The notes beneath the pieces were generated by a model. It was given only the letters and a program-made list of their open reading frames with translations. It made no database searches and was not told where the DNA came from. Positions 50,901 through 60,600 of a stretch of 64,000 nucleotides of DNA are shown here, in pieces. The translations under genes and the position numbers were made by a program. This DNA is from Yuukianura sp. NJ FZ-2021 (taxonomy: Eukaryota). The stretch spans positions 2,666,001-2,730,000 of the forward strand of contig CM102287.1 in the NCBI GenBank assembly GCA_046563655.1, given 5' to 3'. How positions within the stretch are numbered: the stretch's first letter is position 1; each line of letters begins with the position of its first letter.

Positions 50901-53328
50901 TGAAAGAGATTCCATTTGATGTCTGAGCGGAAGCGTCAAAAACAACACGAAGTTTTGTGGTGGAGCTGTCTTCTTTGATAACGAAATGGTGGGGAATGTA
51001 GTTGGTTCTCCCACGAATCTCGAAATCAGTTGAAGACGGAATCTTCCTCATGTGGCCAAGAGACTCGTACTGTCGCATGAAGTCAATGTACTCCGGCTTC
51101 TTCTCTGGAAACTTCTCAAGTCGACGTTCCAGACTGAAGAGACGGCGTTCTGTAATGTCGCGAGACGCTCCGAGGATCTTGGGATCACGTTTGAAAGGAA
51201 GCCTAGTGACATACCTTCCATCCGTGTCACGTGCAATCGTAGATGTAAAATGGTCTTCGGCCTTTCTTTCTTCTTCAGTCCAGTTGACAGCATGGGGAAC
51301 TTCCTCTAACTCCCAGAACCGCTTGACAATATCCAATGTGTCCAAATGTGAGACTTGATGAACTCTGACGACATTGACCTGAGCATGTTGTTCTGAGACT
51401 GAGCCACCAATGATCCATCCTAGGCGAGTGCTGAGAGCAGAAGGAGTTCCTGGTGGGCCATCAACCTTCTTTCCAGTGACCAAGGTGAAGAAGCAGGAAA
51501 CATCAAGAATCATGTCCACTTCTCCTGGTGTGTTGAAGTTTGGATCAGCCAAGGGAAGTCTCTTGAGGTGGATCCAAGTTGAAGTGTCCAATGGATGGTC
51601 AGGTTGAGGGGTCGTGACCTTTGGCATGATGAGAGCAGCAACAGAGAATTGATAAGCTCCATCATGTGAAGTCAAGGAGACTGTTGTCACTCCCTTGCTC
51701 TGGCCAACGTACGTGTCACCAACACCGTAGATATGTGGTTCGTTTCTGGATCGAGGTAATCCAAGTCGACGAACACAAGCTTCACTGATAAGATTGCCTT
51801 GAGCTCCAGAATCCAAGAAGACACGAACCCAGGAATCAGTTCCGTGCTTATTCTTGGCCTTGACCATGGCAGTGGCCAGCAGAGGTCGAGAAGAAGATAA
51901 GCCGCTGATGATGGCCGAGTTGATGGTGGCAGGAGCTGAAGAGGCTTCTGGAAGGAATGCAGTGCCACCAGGAACAAATGAAGAGGTGATTGGAGGTGGA
52001 GCAGTGTTGTATGACGGAGAGCCCTTGGAACCCCTCTGACTGTCATGCAACAGGGAATGATGTTTCTTCTGACACTGGCGGCACCGAGATGTCGAATTGC
52101 ATTCCTTTGTAAAGTGAGCAGGAGAAAGGCATGAGTAGCAGAGACGCTTCTGGGTGACCAGCTTCTGACGATCAGCAACTGTTTGTTGATTGAAGTCAGG
52201 GCACTTGTAGATAGGGTGCCTTTCCTTGCCACAACAGACGCAGTTCTTAGACGTAGGATGACCTTCAGTGACATGATGCACACGATGATTATCAGAACGA
52301 CGAGGGTTGCCCTTGGAGATAGACTGAAGGCTGCGGATTCTGACCTCCAAGAAGTCCGTCAAGTCCTTGAACTTTGGCATCTTGTTGTCAGCAGGAAGGA
52401 CTTTGCCCCACTCCTTTCGAGTCTCCATGTCCAGCTTCTCAAGAACGAGATAAACGAGAAGGTCGTCCCAATCGTCTACCTTTCTTTTGAGGACCTTGAG
52501 TGACCTCAAAGCTTCTGTCACCGTGTCGATAAGGCGTTGGAGAGACGTGGCACTGTCAGAGGTCACTGACTTGGCGTCAGCAATCCGTCGAATCAAAGAA
52601 AGAACAATTTCGCGAGTGTTTTCATACCTCTTTATGACCTCCTGCCACGCCTCCTCAAACTGACCCTCAGCTACAGCATAATTCCGGATTTGCAGAGCAG
52701 CGTCTCCTTTCAATGACGATTTGAGGTATGACATCTTAAACACACTGCTGAGGTCATCGTTGTTCACAACAATAGCGGAAAACAAGTCACGAAAGCTCAC
52801 CCAGTCCTCATGCTTTCCATCAAATGTCGGCAAATCAACTTTTGGCAACTTCACAGAGGGCGTTTTAGAAGCACCAGTCACTGACGAGTTCAAAACACTG
52901 GTATTGTTCATAGAAGCTGGTGGAAGTGAAGCTCTGGCGGCTGCTTCCGCTTTGGCAGCGGTTTCTTCCAACAACCCTTTGGCCGTAAACAATGCACGAA
53001 AACAAGAAGTAATTATTTCCTGACCTTTACTGATGGTGGATTTGCAATCTGCGAGTGCAGCGTCATCCTTGATGACTGACATTGCCAAAAGTACCTCCCT
53101 CTCCCAAGATGAGAACTTGTTCTTCAGATCAGTGATCAGCATTTCTTTGAGAGGAACATCAACTGACACTACCTTTTTCCAATCCTTGAACTCCTTGTTG
53201 TAGCAGTCTTGGATCTGGTCAAAGGTCGCTTTGAGTCCAAACTGAGCCCACTCGAACAGCACTGGTGGTTCTTGAAGTTGACCTTCAGATGTCCCTGACC
53301 CGCTCATGGATTTCTTCTGTGTCGCCAT
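47998..53328 (-). CDS. BEL/Pao gag-pol polyprotein, 1776 aa
   Basis: Uninterrupted ORF with Gag (LPKVDLPTFDG..W..F; three Cys/His knuckles), protease (VFLDSGA), RT (KLRVVFDAS, ADITKMYRQ, YVDD), RNase H (FCDASSKAY, IPRLELC) and integrase (HHCC, GVDFAGP, SDNGTNF, GGLWE). The PR-RT-RH-IN order and motifs are typical of BEL/Pao. Confidence 0.98.
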   Translation of the reverse strand: MATQKKSMSGSGTSEGQLQEPPVLFEWAQFGLKATFDQIQDCYNKEFKDWKKVVSVDVPLKEMLITDLKNKFSSWEREVLLAMSVIKDDAALADCKSTISKGQEIITSCFRALFTAKGLLEETAAKAEAAARASLPPASMNNTSVLNSSVTGASKTPSVKLPKVDLPTFDGKHEDWVSFRDLFSAIVVNNDDLSSVFKMSYLKSSLKGDAALQIRNYAVAEGQFEEAWQEVIKRYENTREIVLSLIRRIADAKSVTSDSATSLQRLIDTVTEALRSLKVLKRKVDDWDDLLVYLVLEKLDMETRKEWGKVLPADNKMPKFKDLTDFLEVRIRSLQSISKGNPRRSDNHRVHHVTEGHPTSKNCVCCGKERHPIYKCPDFNQQTVADRQKLVTQKRLCYSCLSPAHFTKECNSTSRCRQCQKKHHSLLHDSQRGSKGSPSYNTAPPPITSSFVPGGTAFLPEASSAPATINSAIISGLSSSRPLLATAMVKAKNKHGTDSWVRVFLDSGAQGNLISEACVRRLGLPRSRNEPHIYGVGDTYVGQSKGVTTVSLTSHDGAYQFSVAALIMPKVTTPQPDHPLDTSTWIHLKRLPLADPNFNTPGEVDMILDVSCFFTLVTGKKVDGPPGTPSALSTRLGWIIGGSVSEQHAQVNVVRVHQVSHLDTLDIVKRFWELEEVPHAVNWTEEERKAEDHFTSTIARDTDGRYVTRLPFKRDPKILGASRDITERRLFSLERRLEKFPEKKPEYIDFMRQYESLGHMRKIPSSTDFEIRGRTNYIPHHFVIKEDSSTTKLRVVFDASAQTSNGISFNSTLMVGPKVQPDLFDILLGFRRHPVALKADITKMYRQFRVHDEDCSFLRILWREDPSLPIQAYELTTVTYGTSSAPHTATRCLLQLAEDEGAKYPLGAKALRSNYYVDDFLSSYPTTEEAVEVQKQLTALTDSAKLELRKWDSNSNAVLEHIPATMRERNSTIESSASTLQKVLGISWDATKDSFLFTGFLPETTSKVTKRHVLSEMSRVFDPLGFLSPLTITVKLFFQRLWFPVPSDNGEFVLDWDDEIPELMLEEWFQYLDGLKDITRAAIPRCILPASQPSIAEFHGFCDASSKAYAAVVYMRSTGADGHTVVRLVASKTKVAPNKNLSIPRLELCSALLLSKLINAVKTTLCADVKIHTWTDSEIVLRWISCQSRRFETFVANRIAVIQEIIPTESWRYVPSALNPADCASRGVTAAELLNHDLWWEGPQWLKLHTTALFQTPQKEISSKVFEEKKRIHFVTSRPTMSFFIATRFSKLKILNRVVAFVLRFARNSSKPKDKRLTGHLTIPELRWALLIIIRQAQGESYNTEFNQLEQQNEISHSSTLLALNPFVDKKTGLLRVGGRLQHSALSDTTKHQIILPAHHHVTKLIVEDLHSDLLHAGFQLLWAELRRKYWIPRARNVIRTIIRRCVVCRRFRADKVNQLMGSLPSARVTPSRGFQVVGVDFAGPYTIQVTKGRGKKQFKAYMCLFVCFSSKAVHLEPVTELSTPAFLAALRRFVSRRGIPSDIHSDNGTNFVGAERELREFLDIARKDEIHHYLTDKSIRWHFIPPGAPHQGGLWEAGVKSAKYHLRRVVGQSTLTLEEFWTLLCQVEAALNSRPLCALSNDPLDHNVLTPGHLLIGQPLTALPEDDVTQQRVNRLTRWQHVTQMFQHFWRRWSAEYLTSLQQRYKWKKQTANVQVGDLVLIRDEQLPPLKWKLARITETHPGSDGLVRVVTLKTATGTLQRPISKIAPLLQPTD

Positions 53329-53402
53329 TTTGGTTTGACGAACTTTCAGTTATTGTCACACACTTTTCACACCCTTTGAAGTAGTTTCGGGAGAGTTCCC
53401 GG

Positions 53403-53414
53403 CGTTGGGCGCCA
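53403..53414 (-). other. Primer-binding site of the retrotransposon (tRNA-Lys type)
   Basis: TGGCGCCCAACG on the minus strand, 1 nt after the 5' LTR; it matches the first 12 nt of the known tRNA-Lys(1,2)-type PBS. Confidence 0.8.
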
Positions 53415-53415
53415 A

Positions 53416-54000
53416 TGAAATGGGTGGATGAATGCGATCAATTTGTCAAGTTAGGTTACTAATTCTTTTGCTGCTACCACAAAAACGACTGTCCAGATTC
53501 TGAAATCCTTTTGCACACTTAAGGCGTCTATATTAAGGGATGTGTCAAGAACTTTGTAGCTTTCTTGCTGGTCCAGGTTTAAAACTATAGACGATTTTGA
53601 GTTGCTTTATTGTTGCCACTTTCCAAGGAGGAGGACACAATTAAGGCAAAAACTAATACTTAACTCGAGAGAGAAAAGACTTACAACAATAGTAGGATCG
53701 AGTGACCACTACTGGCGAGAAAACAATAGGCTCAAGTGAGCGAGAGAGAAAGAAGCTACTGCAGCGAGTGCTGGAGAGAGACTTAGACTTGAAACTAAAA
53801 CTAGGATTTGAGGCGATTCCGCCTCCACTGATCGCCCTTGAGAATGGCCACGTCACCTCCGGTGAGGATGACACCTCGTCCTCTCTCAAGGTGATGAGCG
53901 GAGTCGGAAGACCGTTAAGAGTACTAATGTACTTAAACCAAAAGTAGAGGTCACACAAAGAGGAAGGGAGATTGGAGAATCTCCACTTGATTCCTCAACA
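53416..54000 (-). repeat. 5' LTR of the BEL/Pao element
   Basis: TG...CA termini; direct repeat of 47120-47704; followed by the TSD GCATG. Confidence 0.97.
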
Positions 54001-54808
54001 GCATGACTTACTTCAAAAAACTGAAAATTTTGCAAACTTTTTGAAAATGAGGAAGTTTACGATGTGTCGGAGTGAAGTAAGAATTGCAGAGTGTTTGAGA
54101 TCTATTATGAGGTGATGTAAACTGCGCCACTTTTGTATACTTAACTCGTTACTGGCACGCATTGCTGTAATAATACTTTAACTTTTTAGTTCCGTGCGAA
54201 TTTCAATGTGGATTTTGCACATGCAAATTTTTTAGACACACGAAAACAGTTTATCTAAATGAACCATCGTCCACAACACCTTCCTGGGATTTATTAAGGA
54301 TCCAAGAGGAAGTGAAAGTACTGCTCAAAATTTTTTTGGGGTCAAATTTTTAATTTTTATGACAATTCGAAAAACTACACTGGAAACCCACTTATTTTAT
54401 GTTTTCATTTTTCGTAATTGTAATTTTCGAGAATAGAAAAATTTGCGAGCCCAATTTATTACTGTCGGAACTCATATTGAATTTCTTTCCTTGTAATTTT
54501 ATAATTTGCAAATTGCAACATCATATAAGTACGTGCCATATTTTGCATGTGTCAGAATCTTTATTTTTCACATAGAGTTTTTTCAATTGTTGTTTTCATA
54601 CGCATGACATGCAATACTTGTTAAGACTTACTTCCAAAACTAATTTCTATTATGAACCATAATTTTTGATGGACAGGTACTTGAAAAAAAGCAACAAAGA
54701 ACTTTAATCGAGCGAAACGTCAAAGTAAAAAATTGGAATGGAAGGAGTCACAGCAATAATTGCGATTCGCAATTTGCGAATTTTGGTAGCTATATGTGCA
54801 CATTTTTG

Positions 54809-54823
54809 GCTCCCTCTCTCGAG
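54809..54823 (+). promoter_or_regulatory. Candidate TCT/5'TOP-type start and short non-coding first exon of RpL10A
   Basis: Pyrimidine tract GCTCCCTCTCTCGAG followed by a GT donor (GAG|GTATCG), ~200 bp upstream of a ribosomal protein ATG; inferred from the known architecture of RP-gene promoters. Confidence 0.4.
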
Positions 54824-55016
54824 GTATCGTGGAATTTGACGATCTGGTGGACAAAATGTGAAACTACATGCCGCACGCAGCAAATTTTTGAGAGTGATGT
54901 TCAACTTGTGCACTTCATCTGTTCAGTTCTTCAAGCAGGAGGAGACGAGTTGATCAATCTCAATTAGTTAATTGAACTTTTTAATTAATCGGTTGTTCTG
55001 AAACAAAAGCTTCAGG

Positions 55017-56182
55017 ATGAGGTAAGAACTTAACAGATAAACAGACATAGAAATCGGTTGCAAAAACATGGATGGAAGGAATTGAAACTTAGAAACTTAG
55101 TTCTCTAAAAAATGAAGACTTGAACAATTCAAAGGTCATGAGGTGAAGTTCTTAATTTGTGATTTATTTGATGTTTTCAGTAAGGTGACGAAGGATATGT
55201 TGTTCGAGTGTGTCAACGCTCTGCTGGTAGCGTCCAAGGACAAGAAGCGCAAGTTCACGGAGACAGTGGAACTCCAGATTGGACTCAAGAACTACGATCC
55301 ACAAAAGGACAAGCGTTTCAGCGGAACTGTCAAGTAAATCCACCAACATTTGAGCCAGCCTGTGGTCACCCCAATACTCATGACCTCCACCCAGGGTCAC
55401 TAAAACAACTGGGAAGGTGGTCATCATGACGAAAGTCATGATACTGCCGATATAGCTTACTCTTTTTTACGCAATTACTTTAGCTATACTTGCAGCATTT
55501 GGTGAGTTGCTATCTGGGCGATTCCCGGTCGCTGTTCCTGAGTCTCTAGCTCCTTGCGCGGTAATTGCATAAATTAGGACATCTATTAACCTAAATTTTT
55601 AACTTTTAGATTGAAGCACATCCCGAAGGCTAAAACTCGCATCTGTGTTCTCGGAGATCAGCAGCATTGTGACGAAGCCAATGCCAACAATATTCCTTGC
55701 ATGGACGTCGAGGCTTTGAAGAAGCTCAACAAGAACAAGAAGGCTATCAAGAAATTGGGTAACTACTAAGCAAATCAATTGACTAAGTTTCAATTACTAA
55801 TTGATATTTTGATTTAAAACTTGTTTTGAATTTCCCAGCCAAGAAGTACGATGCGTTTTTGGCCAGTGAAGCCCTGATCAAGCAGATTCCGAGACTGTTG
55901 GGTCCTGGTCTGAACAAGGCCGGCAAGTTCCCACTTCTTCTCTCCCACCAGGAGTCAATGGTCAACAAGATCGATGAAGTCAAGGCCACGATCAAGTTCC
56001 AGATGAAGAAGGTCTTGTGTCTCTGTGTGGCTATTGGACATGTTGACATGAGTGCTGATGAGTTGGCCCAAAACGTTCACACTGCTGTCAACTTCTTGGT
56101 GTCTCTTCTGAAGAAGCACTGGCAAAACGTTCGGTCTCTCCACATCAAGTCAACCATGGGCCCACCTCAACGACTTTACTAA
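55017..56182 (+). CDS. RpL10A: 60S ribosomal protein L10a (uL1)
   Basis: Exons 55017-55021, 55181-55333, 55610-55758, 55839-56182. [76 protein letters not shown]. Confidence 0.98.
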
Positions 56183-56879
56183 GAATTTGAATATTTTTAC
56201 TAAAAGCTTATTCTCAGTAAAGTAAATCTGGATTTTGAAAGATCCTAAATAAATTCAGAAGCGAGGTGTGACTGAATAATGTATTTGGCAAAATTACGAA
56301 ATTGGATTTTAAAGATTTGTTCAATATCTTGTTTAGGAATTCGAGTTGGTTAAAAGTTGCAATCTTTATAATGCTTTAGGCGATGTTTTTTAATTGGTGG
56401 AATTCTGCATTCTGCAAGTTCATTTTTCGGAAAATTTTTTGCACCATAATAAACGAAATAATTATTTGCAACTAATTAGAAATGGCGAAAAAGTTGCAAT
56501 GTTGTGAATTTTGTGATCCTTGGAATCGTAAAGTCTGTAGATGTGAATTTGGTAGAATTGAGATAGGAGATTGTACGGAACGAAGAGGTGGATAGGAGAG
56601 CTGCCTCTGCTTTGCTTTTGTATGGGAAGTCCGCCAGCGGGAAAAAGTTGAAGAAGGCGAGGAGCCTTTCTGAGCCGTACGATCTCCGCATAGATCCGGA
56701 CAGTTTCCCAGCAGAACCTTTAACCTCACAAGGGAAAATCTCTTCCAAAAGAAATTAAAAAATTCATAATCTTTAAAAATTCATTTCTTAGGAATGGAAA
56801 TTCCTTTGAAAATTCTTGCATCAACTTTATAGGAAATTATGTTCTGAGGCGGCCGATGGCAATTTGCCGTCCAATTTGC

Positions 56880-57330
56880 AAAAGAGTAACACGTTATTAC
56901 TCCAAAAAAGTTAAATGTTACCCCTCAAAAGAGTTACCCGTAACTCCTTCCGTTTCTAGATAAAAACGAAAGATTCGCATTTTTTGAAAAATGGACGGGG
57001 GTAGTTTTAGAGTGCGGACATCCGGAGTGAACAAAAATGGCACCAGGTGTAGTCCAGGAGTGCGTACCTCCGGCGGAATAACAAAACGCAAAAAGAGTTA
57101 CCAGTTATACTCCTTTCGTTTCCATATAAAAGGAAACCGAACCAAATTGTTCTCATTCACTCTCGTCTTGGTCCTGGAAGGGGGCGGTTCCCATTTTAAC
57201 TCCAAAAGAGTAGGATTCTGTAGAATCTTATTACTCCTCAAAAAAGTAACCAGTAACTCCTTCCTTTTTCATATAAAAGGAAATGTCACCAAATTATTCC
57301 CCTTCACTCTCGTTTTGGTCTTGGAAGAGG
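56880..57330. repeat. Degenerate direct repeats (~150-bp period) between the RpL10A and HDAC6 3' ends; possible transposon remnant
   Basis: 57091-57180 resembles 57241-57328 (AAAAGAGTTACCAGT..ACTCCTT..CATATAAAAGGAAA..CCAAATT..TTCACTCTCGT.TTGGTC.TGGAAG), with a partial third copy at ~56926-56970. Confidence 0.7.
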
Positions 57331-57696
57331 ACAGAATGGTTTCATTTTTTAATAAGCATCAGCAAGATTATCTCCGGTTACTTCCAGTAATTATTATTAA
57401 ATATCACTAATTAGACTAATACCACGATAAGTGAAACAGGTTAATTGACAACTTTGAAATTGTTATCGTTCTTTTTAAAATTATAGTCGAGTGGTACAGC
57501 ATTGGTTTTAATTGACGTTCCATAAATTTTGGAAGTTGGAAGACTTACTTGCATTATTATTTGCTTCTGGTAATTTAGTGAGAACCCGAGTATTAATTAA
57601 TTAGTTAATTAGAGTATTAACGTGGTTTAGTTTTTAAATGCCAAAAGCCACAACCGGTTTGAACTTTTACTCTTAATTTTGGTTTATAAGATGTCT

Positions 57697-60600
57697 TCAT
57701 GCACCGCCGAATTTCTTTTGGTAAACTTCTTGTTTTGCAGACTCCAGTTCCTGCAAAGATTTCAAAATTTCAGAAATTTTGATTTCAAATTGCAGTAATT
57801 TGAACAATTTCTTGTAATCGAAGGTTCTTGAACTTACCTGACAGTTGACATAGCTGTCACAACCAAAACACCAAACTGACAAATCGCTGAAACTCAAGGC
57901 CATGGGGTGTCCCGATTCCTCAGAGTGTAGCATCATGTGTTCCCGAACATAGCGACTGCATCTCACCTTCAGGTTCAAATTGACAAGTTTAGCAATTAAT
58001 TCACTTTGATATGTCAGGTCACGAACTTTACTATTTGTGTCTTACCTTGTAACATTTTAGACACACCCAGTTTTCTTGTGTGCTGTGACAGTCTTCACAG
58101 GGTGCAGCGATGTCAATTCCTTCTGGAGGCACTGGAGTCACTGTCTGGACATGCGGACACCAACTAAGTGGAACCACTGCAAACATTCCGCCACCAACCT
58201 ACGTCAAAAACGAAAAACAAAAACCAAAATCAAACTTTATGAATGTAAAAAAATTACAATAAAAAACTTACATCAACTGAAATCTCAAACTGATTCGTTG
58301 CAACCGTTCCGCCAACGGCTCCTTCCAGCTCTTCATCTGCCGTATCAGCTGTAGCAGCAGGTTCTATCATCGCTGCAGCTGCCGGTTCCAGAATCGCTGC
58401 AGCCGAAACTACTGCTGCTATTGGAGCGTCGCTTCTTCCATCAAGATCAACAGTCTCTGTCGAAGTCATTTCTCCTCCTCCCACAGTTGCATTTTGGACA
58501 GGCCCTGCTGGAGCAGCATTCCGTGCAGCAGTATTCCGCTGAATCTCCGTTGGAGTTTGAGTAGGCACTGAAAGCGATGGTTCTCCAGCGCTAGTCGGTG
58601 GGTCTGGAATGGTCGATGGAGGAGGAGACACAGATTCAGTGTTAGCATTGAGGTCCAATCTGTTATTTTCAATATCTGGTTCAGCAATGTCCATTTTGTC
58701 CAGCATTTCAGTTAGCTCTACAGCTTCCACAGAAGTTTCGGAGGAACTTGGAGACGAAGTTTCATACTTTCCAAGTTTCACTGGGCAGCATTTCGGTAAA
58801 ACTTTCTGGAATGGCGCCAAAACGGTCCAATATTTTGAATGTGTTTGAAGCACGTTTCGAATTGACTCGACAGCGGTTCCTTCCACGGTGGGATTCAACT
58901 TTAACGGTGGCAGTGGATCGCCAAAAAGTGCTTTTGTACATAAGCTCATCGAGTAGGAGATTGAGGTCAAATTGTAGCCACCCTCTAGAAGTTAAAAGGT
59001 ATAGTAATTGGAAGTAATTAGATAAGGCGATTTAACATGAATTTTACATACCCAGAGCCAGTATCACTCTTCCGTTGGCCAGTGGTGACAATAAATGAGT
59101 CATGTGGGCGTACCCCTGCGGTGTCACTTTGCAACCTAAAAAGAAACAGAACAAACAATTTTGAAAAAAAAATAGTGTAAAGAAATAAATTTTTATTTGA
59201 ATTTTCAAAATTTTGAGAACTTTTCTTAGTAGAGTGGTTTACCTCCAAGGGGATCTCCCACAGCAGCATCAAATCCAGCCGAAACGAGGACCAGTTCCGG
59301 ACCATATTCATAGGCAATTGGAAGAACAATGTTTGTAAATGCTGCCAAGTATTCAGTATCTCCCATTCCTCTACGATTCCAAGGAATGTTGACGTTGAAT
59401 CCCTCTCCAGGTCCACTCCCAACTTCAGTGTAGTTGGCATCCGTACTTCCAGGAAAAAAGGAGCCATGGTCATACCGGTGAAGTGAGATGTACAAAACTC
59501 TCGGATCAGAGTCAAACATGTGCTGAATTCCATTTCCGTGATGAACGTCCCAGTCAACAATGAGAATCCTGAGGTACATCAAAACATCAAAACATTTACT
59601 AAATTACTCGATTACTAATTGATTAATCTCAACTTAACTTAAAAACTTACCGTTTGAGTCCATGATTCTCAATGGCATACTTTGCTGCCAGTGAAACGTT
59701 ATTGAACAGACAAAATCCACAAGCAATTTCCTCTTCAGCATGGTGTCCAGGCGGTCGTACAATGGCCACTCCCGATTGGCACATTCCGTTCATCACGTCA
59801 TCAACAATCTAAAAATTGTCAAAATTTTGAATTACAGTTTTCAAAAAGTGAAATACTTTCAAAACACTTACGCTGAGAAGAGATCCAGCAGCGTAAAGAG
59901 CAGATTCATAAGAATTATGGTTGAGAAAAATTGAATTGTAGCGTTCCTGGAGAGCACACAAATCCTTACTGGACAGAGCAGCTGAGTTCTTCATTCTGCG
60001 AATGTGGTCATCAGAGTGGATAAGGCGAAGTTCGTCAAGCATTGCCTGGCGAGCTTCAATTCGATGACATCGTTCAACCAATCCGAAAGAGGCGTGACAT
60101 GCAAAAATATTGGAAATCCGGTCAGGACATTCTGGATGTCTAAAAGACAAAAATTCAGTTTTGACAAGATTTTTGCAATTTTGTTCTATTTAAGTTTAGG
60201 GGATTGACTTACGACATTTGGACGTTTTTGTGTTTGAGCATAACATCATCATAGACCAATCCAACTCGATGTTTTGCAACTGATAGAGAAGTAGTCAGGA
60301 TCAACTGGTCCAGTTCCTGGTCCAATGCAACTCTTCGTTCCTCAGTTTCAGCTGGGTAGCAATCCCGAGTTTGGTATCGGATTGGTTTCGGCTGAGTCCA
60401 GTCGAAACGGTACTCTGGTTTGTGCCCAATACCCGCTTCCAAACATTTGTCAAATTCCTCCTCAGGTGATGCTTTCCAAATTCCAAAATGCTGCCAATGA
60501 TCTTTCAACATCGTCGCCGAATTGAGGATTGTATCAACAATGCTGGATTCAAAACAAACAAAATGTAAACTTTTTCTAGTTTTTCATCTATTTCAAATGT

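Larger units (their letters stand above)
47120..54000 (-). mobile_element. Full-length BEL/Pao LTR retrotransposon (6881 bp)
   Basis: Two 585-bp TG...CA LTRs (47120-47704, 53416-54000); 5-bp TSD GCATG (47115-47119, 54001-54005); PBS beside the 5' LTR; polypurine tract GGGGGCAGAA beside the 3' LTR; one intact gag-pol ORF. Confidence 0.98.

Noticed and set aside
48092..53023. Many overlapping or antisense ORFs within the retrotransposon
   Set aside because: Shadow frames of the long, higher-GC gag-pol ORF; none resembles env or another known accessory protein.
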